From the NCBI GenBank assembly GCA_032718475.1, contig JAUCBJ010001695.1:1-64000 (forward strand): a stretch of 64,000 nucleotides of DNA, read 5' to 3'. The notes under the pieces are model-generated. The model was not told where the DNA came from, ran no database searches, and saw only the letters and a list, made by a program, of their open reading frames with translations. Numbering within the stretch: position 1 is the first letter of the stretch; the number at the start of each line of letters is the position of its first letter. The stretch is from Nemertoderma westbladi (lineage: Eukaryota > Animalia > Xenacoelomorpha). This document shows positions 53,101 through 64,000 of the stretch, one piece after another. Made by a program: the position numbers and the translations under genes.

Positions 53101-56100
53101 TAGGTAAACATCTGCCCCACTAATAGAACATAATCGAACGGCGCACCAGTTAGGAAAACATCTGCCCCACTAATAGAACATAGCGAACGACGCACCAGTT
53201 AGGTAAACATCTGCCCCACTAATAGAACATAATCGAACGGCGCACCAGTTAGGTAAACATCTGCCCCACTAATAGAACATAATCGAACGGCGCACCAGTT
53301 AGGAAAACATCTGCCCCACTAATAGAACATAGCGAACGGCGCACCAGTTAGGTAAACATCTGCCCCACTAATAGAACATAGGCGAACGACGCACCAGTTA
53401 GGTAAACATCTGCCCCACTAATAGAACATAGGCGAACGACGCACCAGTTAGGTAAACATCTGCCCCACTAATAGAACATAGGCGAACGACGCACCAGTTA
53501 GGAAAACATCTGCCCCACTAATAGAACATAATCGAACGGCGCACCAGTTAGGAAAACATCTGCCCCACTAATAGAACATAGCGAACGACGCACCAGTTAG
53601 GAAAACATCTGCCCCACTAATAGAACATAGCGAACGACGCACCAGTTAGGAAAACATCTGCCCCACTAATAGAACATAATCGAACGGCGCACCAGTTAGG
53701 AAAACATCTGCCCCACTAATAGAACATAGCGAACGACGCACCAGTTAGGAAAACATCTGCCCCACTAATAGAACATAGCGAACGACGCACCAGTTAGGAA
53801 AACATCTGCCCCACTAATAGAACATAATCGAACGGCGCACCAGTTAGGAAAACATCTGCCCCACTAATAGAACATAGCGAACGACGCACCAGTTAGGAAA
53901 ACATCTGCCCCACTAATAGAACATAGCGAACGACGCACCAGTTAGGAAAACATCTGCCCCACTAATAGAACATAATCGAACGGCGCACCAGTTAGGAAAA
54001 CATCTGCCCCACTAATAGAACATAGCGAACGACGCACCAGTTAGGAAAACATCTGCCCCACTAATAGAACATAATCGAACGGCGCACCAGTTAGGAAAAC
54101 ATCTGCCCCACTAATAGAACATAGGCGAACGACGCACCAGTTAGGAAAACATCTGCCCCACTAATAGAACATAATCGAACGGCGCACCAGTTAGGAAAAC
54201 ATCTGCCCCACTAATAGAACATAGCGAACGACGCACCAGTTAGGAAAACATCTGCCCCACTAATAGAACATAATCGAACGGCGCACCAGTTAGGAAAACA
54301 TCTGCCCCACTAATAGAACATAGACGGACGACGCACCAGTTAGGAAAACATCTGCCCCACTAATAGAACATAGACGAACGACGCACCAGTTAGGTAAACA
54401 TCTGCCCCACTAATAGAACATAGCGAACGACGCACCAGTTAGGAAAACATCTGCCCCACTAATAGAACATAATCGAACGGCGCACCAGTTAGGTAAATAT
54501 CTGCCCCACTAATAGAACATAGCGAACGGCGCACCAGTTAGGAAAACATCTGCCCCACTAATAGAACATAGCGAACGGCGCACCAGTTAGGTAAACATCT
54601 GCCCCACTAATAGAACATAGCGAACGGCGCACCAGTTAGGAAAACATCTGCCCCACTAATAGAACATAATCGAACGGCGCACCAGTTAGGTAAACATCTG
54701 CCCCACTAATAGAACATAGGCGAACGACGCACCAGTTAGGTAAACATCTGCCCCACTAATAGAACATAGCGAACGACGCACCAGTTAGGAAAACATCTGC
54801 CCCACTAATAGAACATAATCGAACGGCGCACCAGTTAGGAAAACATCTGCCCCACTAATAGAACATAGCGAACGACGCACCAGTTAGGAAAACATCTGCC
54901 CCACTAATAGAACATAGGCGGACGGCGCACCAGTTAGGTAAACATCTGCCCCACTAATAGAACATAGGCGAACGACGCACCAGTTAGGTAAACATCTGCC
55001 CCACTAATAGAACATAATCGAACGGCGCACCAGTTAGGAAAACATCTGCCCCACTAATAGAACATAGCGAACGGCGCACCAGTTAGGTAAACATCTGCCC
55101 CACTAATAGAACATAATCGAACGGCGCACCAGTTAGGTAAACATCTGCCCCACTAATAGAACATAATCGAACGGCGCACCAGTTAGGAAAACATCTGCCC
55201 CACTAATAGAACATAGCGAACGGCGCACCAGTTAGGTAAACATCTGCCCCACTAATAGAACATAGGCGAACGACGCACCAGTTAGGTAAACATCTGCCCC
55301 ACTAATAGAACATAGGCGAACGACGCACCAGTTAGGTAAACATCTGCCCCACTAATAGAACATAGCGAACGACGCACCAGTTAGGTAAACATCTGCCCCA
55401 CTAATAGAACATAATCGAACGGCGCACCAGTTAGGTAAACATCTGCCCCACTAATAGAACATAGGCGAACGACGCACCAGTTAGGTAAACATCTGCCCCA
55501 CTAATAGAACATAATCGAACGGCGCACCAGTTAGGAAAACATCTGCCCCACTAATAGAACATAATCGAACGGCGCACCAGTTAGGTAAACATCTGCCCCA
55601 CTAATAGAACATAGGCGAACGACGCACCAGTTAGGTAAACATCTGCCCCACTAATAGAACATAATCGAACGGCGCACCAGTTAGGAAAACATCTGCCCCA
55701 CTAATAGAACATAGGCGAACGTCGCACCAGTTAGGTAAACATCTGCCCCACTAATAGAACATAGGCGAACGACGCACCAGTTAGGTAAACATCTGCCCCA
55801 CTAATAGAACATAATCGAACGGCGCACCAGTTAGGTAAACATCTGCCCCACTAATAGAACATAATCGAACGGCGCACCAGCTAGGAAAACATCTGCCCCA
55901 CTAATAGAACATAGGCGAACGACGCACCAGTTAGGTAAACATCTGCCCCACTAATAGAACATAATCGAACGGCGCACCAGTTAGGAAAACATCTGCCCCA
56001 CTAATAGAACATAATCGAACGGCGCACCAGCTAGGAAAACATCTGCCCCACTAATAGAACATAGCGAACGGCGCACCAGTTAGGAAAACATCTGCCCCAC

Positions 56101-59100
56101 TAATAGAACATAATCGAACGGCGCACCAGTTAGGAAAACATCTGCCCCACTAATAGAACATAGGCGAACGTCGCACCAGTTAGGTAAACATCTGCCCCAC
56201 TAATAGAACATAGGCGAACGACGCACCAGTTAGGTAAACATCTGCCCCACTAATAGAACATAATCGAACGGCGCACCAGTTAGGAAAACATCTGCCCCAC
56301 TAATAGAACATAGCGAACGACGCACCAGTTAGGAAAACATCTGCCCCACTAATAGAACATAGCGAACGACGCACCAGTTAGGAAAACATCTGCCCCACTA
56401 ATAGAACATAGCGAACGACGCACCAGTTAGGAAAACATCTGCCCCACTAATAGAACATAGCGAACGACGCACCAGTTAGGAAAACATCTGCCCCACTAAT
56501 AGAACATAGGCGAACGGCGCACCAGTTAGGTAAACATCTGCCCCACTAATAGAACATAATCGAACGGCGCACCAGTTAGGAAAACATCTGCCCCACTAAT
56601 AGAACATAGGCGAACGGCGCACCAGTTAGGAAAACATCTGCCCCACTAATAGAACATAGGCGAACGGCGCACCAGTTAGGAAAACATCTGCCCTACTAAT
56701 AACATAGGCGAACGGCGCACCAGTTAGGAAAACATCTGCCCCACTAATAGAACATAGCGAACGACGCACCAGTTAGGAAAACATCTGCCCCACTAATAGA
56801 ACATAGACGGACGGCGCACCAGTTAGGAAAACATCTGCCCCACTAATAGAACATAGGCGAACGGCGCACCAGTTAGGTAAACATCTGCCCCACTAATAGA
56901 ACATAGGCGAACGGCGCACCAGTTAGGTAAACATCTGCCCCACTAATAGAACATAGGCGAACGACGCACCAGTTAGGAAAACATCTGCCCCACTAATAGA
57001 ACATAGCGAACGACGCACCAGTTAGGAAAACATCTGCCCCACTAATAGAACATAGCGAACGACGCACCAGTTAGGAAAACATCTGCCCCACTAATAGAAC
57101 ATAGCGAACGGCGCACCAGTTAGGTAAACATCTGCCCCACTAATAGAACATAGCGAACGGCGCACCAGTTAGGTAAACATCTGCCCCACTAATAGAACAT
57201 AGCGAACGACGCACCAGTTAGGAAAACATCTGCCCCACTAATAGAACATAGCGAACGACGCACCAGTTAGGAAAACATCTGCCCCACTAATAGAACATAG
57301 CGAACGGCGCACCAGTTAGGTAAACATCTGCCCCACTAATAGAACATAGCGAACGGCGCACCAGTTAGGAAAACATCTGCCCCACTAATAGAACATAGAC
57401 GGACGGCGCACCAGTTAGGAAAACATCTGCCCCACTAATAGAACATAGGCGAACGGCGCACCAGTTAGGTAAACATCTGCCCCACTAATAGAACATAGGC
57501 GAACGGCGCACCAGTTAGGAAAACATCTGCCCCACTAATAGAACATAGGCGAACGGCGCACCAGTTAGGTAAACATCTGCCCCACTAATAGAACATAGGC
57601 GAACGGCGCACCAGTTAGGAAAACATCTGCCCCACTAATAGAACATAGGCGAACGGCGCACCAGTTAGGAAAACATCTGCCCTACTAATAGAACATAGAC
57701 GGACGGCGCACCAGTTAGGAAAACATCTGCCCCACTAATAGAACATAATCGAACGGCGCACCAGTTAGGAAAACATCTGCCCCACTAATAGAACATAGGC
57801 GAACGACGCACCAGTTAGGTAAACATCTGCCCCACTAATAGAACATAGGCGAACGGCGCACCAGTTAGGTAAACATCTGCCCCACTAATAGAACATAGGC
57901 GAACGGCGCACCAGTTAGGTAAACATCTGCCCCACTAATAGAACATAGCGAACGGCGCACCAGTTAGGTAAACATCTGCCCCACTAATAGAACATAGGCG
58001 AACGACGCACCAGTTAGGAAAACATCTGCCCCACTAATAGAACATAGCGAACGACGCACCAGTTAGGAAAACATCTGCCCCACTAATAGAACATAGCGAA
58101 CGGCGCACCAGTTAGGTAAACATCTGCCCCACTAATAGAACATAGGCGAACGACGCACCAGTTAGGAAAACATCTGCCCCACTAATAGAACATAGGCGAA
58201 CGGCGCACCAGTTAGGTAAACATCTGCCCCACTAATAGAACATAGGCGAACGGCGCACCAGTAAGGAAAACATCTGCCCAACTAATAGAACATAGCGAAC
58301 GACGCACCAGTTAGGTAAACATCTGCCCCACTAATAGAACATAGGCGAACGACGCACCAGTTAGGTAAACATCTGCCCCACTAATAACATAGGCGAACGG
58401 CGCACCAGTTAGGAAAACATCTGCCCCACTAATAGAACATAGCGAACGGCGCACCAGTTAGGAAAACATCTGCCCCACTAATAGAACATAGCGAACGGCG
58501 CACCAGTTAGGAAAACATCTGCCCCACTAATAGAACATAGCGAACGACGCACCAGTTAGGTAAACATCTGCCCCACTAATAGAACATAGCGAACGACGCA
58601 CCAGTTAGGAAAACATCTGCCCCACTAATAGAACATAGCGAACGACGCACCAGTTAGGTAAACATCTGCCCCACTAATAGAACATAGGCGAACGACGCAC
58701 CAGTTAGGAAAACATCTGCCCCACTAATAACATAGGCGAACGACGCACCAGTTAGGTAAACATCTGCCCCACTAATAGAACATAGGCGAACGACGCACCA
58801 GTTAGGTAAACATCTGCCCCACTAATAGAACATAGGCGAACGGCGCACCAGTTAGGAAAATATCTGCCCCACTAATAGAACATAGGCGAAAGACGCACCA
58901 GTTAGGAAAACATCTGCCCCACTAATAGAACATAGCGAACGACGCACCAGTTAGGTAAACATCTGCCCCACTAATAGAACATAGGCGAACGACGCACCAG
59001 TTAGGTAAACATCTGCCCCACTAATAACATAGGCGAACGACGCACCAGTTAGGTAAACATCTGCCCCACTAATAGAACATAGGCGAACGACGCACCAGTT

Positions 59101-62100
59101 AGGTAAACATCTGCCCCACTAATAGAACATAGGCGAACGGTGCACCAGTTAGGAAAATATCTGCCCCACTAATAGAACATAGGCGAACGACGCACCAGTT
59201 AGGTAAACATCTGCCCCACTAATAACATAGGCGAACGACGCACCAGTTAGGTAAACATCTGCCCCACTAATAGAACATAGGCGAACGGCGCACCAGTTAG
59301 GAAAATATCTGCACCACTAATTGAACATAGGCGAACGACGCACCAGTTAGGTAAACATCTGCCCCACTAATAGAACATAGGCGAAAGACGCACCAGTTAG
59401 GAAAATATCTGCCCCACTAATAGAACATAGGCGAACGACGCACCAGTTAGGTAAACATCTGCCCCACTAATAGAACATAGGCGAACGACGCACCAGTTAG
59501 GTAAACATCTGCCCCACTAATAGAACATAGGCGAACGGCGCACCAGTTAGGAAAATATCTGCCCCACTAATAGAACATAGGCGAAAGACGCACCAGTTAG
59601 GAAAACATCTGCCCCACTAATAGAACATAGCGAACGACGCGCCAGTTAGGTAAACATCTGCCCCACTAATAGAACATAGGCGAACGACGCACCAGTTAGG
59701 TAAACATCTGCCCCACTAATAACATAGGCGAACGACGCACCAGTTAGGTAAACATCTGCCCCACTAATAGAACATAGGCGAACGACGCACCAGTTAGGTA
59801 AACATCTGCCCCACTAATAGAACATAGGCGAACGGCGCACCAGTTAGGAAAATATCTGCCCCACTAATAGAACATAGGCGAACGACGCACCAGTTAGGTA
59901 AACATCTGCCCCACTAATAACATAGGCGAACGACGCACCAGTTAGGTAAACATCTGCCCCACTAATAGAACATTGGCGAACGGCGCACCAGTTAGGAAAA
60001 TATCTGCCCCACTAATAGAACATAGGCGAACGACGCACCAGTTAGGTAAACATCTGCCCCACTAATAGAACATAGGCGAAAGACGCACCAGTTAGGAAAA
60101 TATCTGCCCCACTAATAGAACATAGTCGAACGGCGCACCAGTTAGGAAAATATCTGCCCCACTAATAGAACATAGGCGAACGGCGCACCAGTTAGGAAAT
60201 CATCTGCCCCACTAATAGAACATAGCGAACGACGCACCAGTTAGGTAAACATCTGCCCCACTAATAGAACATAGCGAACGACGCACCAGTTAGGTAAACA
60301 TCTGCCCCACTAATAGAACATAGGCGAACGGCGCACCAGTTAGGAAAATATCTGCCCCACTAATAGAACATAGGCGAAAGACGCACCAGTTAGGAAAACA
60401 TCTGCCCCACTAATAGAACATAGCGAACGACGCACCAGTTAGGTAAACATCTGCCCCACTAATAGAACATAGGCGAACGACGCACCAGTTAGGTAAACAT
60501 CTGCCCCACTAATAACATAGGCGAACGACGCACCAGTTAGGTAAACATCTGCCCCACTAATAGAACATAGGCGAACGACGCACCAGTTAGGTAAACATCT
60601 GCCCCACTAATAGAACATAGGCGAACGGTGCACCAGTTAGGAAAATATCTGCCCCACTAATAGAACATAGGCGAACGACGCACCAGTTAGGTAAACATCT
60701 GCCCCACTAATAACATAGGCGAACGACGCACCAGTTAGGTAAACATCTGCCCCACTAATAGAACATAGGCGAACGGCGCACCAGTTAGGTAAACATCTGC
60801 CCCACTAATAGAACATAGGCGAACGACGCACCAGTTAGGAAAACATCTGCCCCACTAATAGAACATAGGCGAACGGCGCACCAGTTAGGTAAACATCTGC
60901 CCCACTAATAGAACATAGGCGAACGGCGCACCAGTAAGGAAAACATCTGCCCAACTAATAGAACATAGCGAACGACGCACCAGTTAGGTAAACATCTGCC
61001 CCACTAATAGAACATAGGCGAACGACGCACCAGTTAGGTAAACATCTGCCCCACTAATAACATAGGCGAACGGCGCACCAGTTAGGAAAACATCTGCCCC
61101 ACTAATAGAACATAGCGAACGGCGCACCAGTTAGGAAAACATCTGCCCCACTAATAGAACATAGCGAACGGCGCACCAGTTAGGAAAACATCTGCCCCAC
61201 TAATAGAACATAGCGAACGACGCACCAGTTAGGTAAACATCTGCCCCACTAATAGAACATAGCGAACGACGCACCAGTTAGGAAAACATCTGCCCCACTA
61301 ATAGAACATAGCGAACGACGCACCAGTTAGGTAAACATCTGCCCCACTAATAGAACATAGGCGAACGACGCACCAGTTAGGAAAACATCTGCCCCACTAA
61401 TAACATAGGCGAACGACGCACCAGTTAGGTAAACATCTGCCCCACTAATAGAACATAGGCGAACGACGCACCAGTTAGGTAAACATCTGCCCCACTAATA
61501 GAACATAGGCGAACGGCGCACCAGTTAGGAAAATATCTGCCCCACTAATAGAACATAGGCGAAAGACGCACCAGTTAGGAAAACATCTGCCCCACTAATA
61601 GAACATAGCGAACGACGCACCAGTTAGGTAAACATCTGCCCCACTAATAGAACATAGGCGAACGACGCACCAGTTAGGTAAACATCTGCCCCACTAATAA
61701 CATAGGCGAACGACGCACCAGTTAGGTAAACATCTGCCCCACTAATAGAACATAGGCGAACGACGCACCAGTTAGGTAAACATCTGCCCCACTAATAGAA
61801 CATAGGCGAACGGTGCACCAGTTAGGAAAATATCTGCCCCACTAATAGAACATAGGCGAACGACGCACCAGTTAGGTAAACATCTGCCCCACTAATAACA
61901 TAGGCGAACGACGCACCAGTTAGGAAAATATCTGCACCACTAATTGAACATAGGCGAACGACGCACCAGTTAGGTAAACATCTGCCCCACTAATAGAACA
62001 TAGGCGAAAGACGCACCAGTTAGGAAAATATCTGCCCCACTAATAGAACATAGGCGAACGACGCACCAGTTAGGTAAACATCTGCCCCACTAATAGAACA

Positions 62101-64000
62101 TAGGCGAACGACGCACCAGTTAGGTAAACATCTGCCCCACTAATAGAACATAGGCGAACGGCGCACCAGTTAGGAAAATATCTGCCCCACTAATAGAACA
62201 TAGGCGAAAGACGCACCAGTTAGGAAAACATCTGCCCCACTAATAGAACATAGCGAACGACGCACCAGTTAGGTAAACATCTGCCCCACTAATAGAACAT
62301 AGGCGAACGACGCACCAGTTAGGTAAACATCTGCCCCACTAATAACATAGGCGAACGACGCACCAGTTAGGTAAACATCTGCCCCACTAATAGAACATAG
62401 GCGAACGACGCACCAGTTAGGTAAACATCTGCCCCACTAATAGAACATAGGCGAACGGCGCACCAGTTAGGAAAATATCTGCCCCACTAATAGAACATAG
62501 GCGAACGACGCACCAGTTAGGTAAACATCTGCCCCACTAATAACATAGGCGAACGACGCACCAGTTAGGTAAACATCTGCCCCACTAATAGAACATTGGC
62601 GAACGGCGCACCAGTTAGGAAAATATCTGCCCCACTAATAGAACATAGGCGAACGACGCACCAGTTAGGTAAACATCTGCCCCACTAATAGAACATAGGC
62701 GAAAGACGCACCAGTTAGGAAAATATCTGCCCCACTAATAGAACATAGTCGAACGGCGCACCAGTTAGGAAAATATCTGCCCCACTAATAGAACATAGGC
62801 GAACGGCGCACCAGTTAGGAAATCATCTGCCCCACTAATAGAACATAGCGAACGACGCACCAGTTAGGTAAACATCTGCCCCACTAATAGAACATAGCGA
62901 ACGACGCACCAGTTAGGTAAACATCTGCCCCACTAATAGAACATAGGCGAACGGCGCACCAGTTAGGAAAATATCTGCCCCACTAATAGAACATAGGCGA
63001 AAGACGCACCAGTTAGGAAAACATCTGCCCCACTAATAGAACATAGCGAACGACGCACCAGTTAGGTAAACATCTGCCCCACTAATAGAACATAGGCGAA
63101 CGACGCACCAGTTAGGTAAACATCTGCCCCACTAATAACATAGGCGAACGACGCACCAGTTAGGTAAACATCTGCCCCACTAATAGAACATAGGCGAACG
63201 ACGCACCAGTTAGGTAAACATCTGCCCCACTAATAGAACATAGGCGAACGGTGCACCAGTTAGGAAAATATGTGCCCCACTAATAGAACATAGGCGAACG
63301 ACGCACCAGTTAGGTAAACATCTGCCCCACTAATAACATAGGCGAACGACGCACCAGTTAGGTAAACATCTGCCCCACTAATAGAACATAGGCGAACGGC
63401 GCACCAGTTAGGAAAATATCTGCACCACTAATTGAACATAGGCGAACGACGCACCAGTTAGGTAAACATCTGCCCCACTAATAGAACATAGGCGAAAGAC
63501 GCACCAGTTAGGAAAATATCTGCCCCACTAATAGAACATAGGCGAACGACGCACCAGTTAGGTAAACATCTGCCCCACTAATAGAACATAGGCGAACGAC
63601 GCACCAGTTAGGTAAACATCTGCCCCACTAATAGAACATAGGCGAACGGCGCACCAGTTAGGAAAATATCTGCCCCACTAATAGAACATAGGCGAAAGAC
63701 GCACCAGTTAGGAAAACATCTGCCCCACTAATAGAACATAGCGAACGACGCACCAGTTAGGTAAACATCTGCCCCACTAATAGAACATAGGCGAACGACG
63801 CACCAGTTAGGTAAACATCTGCCCCACTAATAACATAGGCGAACGACGCACCAGTTAGGTAAACATCTGCCCCACTAATAGAACATAGGCGAACGACGCA
63901 CCAGTTAGGTAAACATCTGCCCCACTAATAGAACATAGGCGAACGGCGCACCAGTTAGGAAAATATCTGCCCCACTAATAGAACATAGGCGAACGACGCA
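17194..64000. repeat. Satellite C: ~940 tandem 49/50-bp monomers, continuing beyond the window
   Basis: Consensus GG(A/T)AAACATCTGCCCCACTAATAGAACATA(GC/GGC/ATC)GAACG(A/G)CGCACCAGTTA, with minor 47/48-bp deletion variants. I saw no insertions or orientation switches. Copy number is estimated from length divided by unit size. Confidence 0.99.

Noticed and set aside
17194-64000. Constant/variable alternation in satellite C as a CRISPR-like or cassette array
   Set aside because: The variable part is only a few alternative bases reused throughout, not unique spacers.
17194-64000. CENP-B box or a true telomeric tract
   Set aside because: TTCG is present on the minus strand but the downstream A..CGGG positions do not match, and TTAGG occurs only once per monomer, never in tandem.

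Overview
This is eukaryotic, probably invertebrate animal, repeat-dense DNA with no intact host gene recognised. The first 17 kb is a patchwork of decayed mobile elements: the 3' end of a CRE-like RLE non-LTR retrotransposon, a 5'-truncated L2 LINE, a 5'-truncated RTE LINE, a CR1-like RT fragment split by a hAT-type MITE, and a Ty3/Gypsy pol fragment. These are interleaved with two satellites: A (22/24-bp subunits, ~1.2-7.45 kb) and B (37-bp unit, ~10-15.8 kb). From 17,194 to the window end is one uninterrupted ~47-kb array of a 49/50-bp satellite (C) with a small set of recurring variants and nested higher-order duplications. The most unusual signal is a strong excess of TA-NNNN-TA motifs (TACCGGTA, TAGGCCTA). 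Inside satellite A some can be read directly as insertions into a duplicated TA, consistent with DNA-transposon excision footprints. I found no firm evidence of a novel protein-coding system. All counts and offsets were read by eye.
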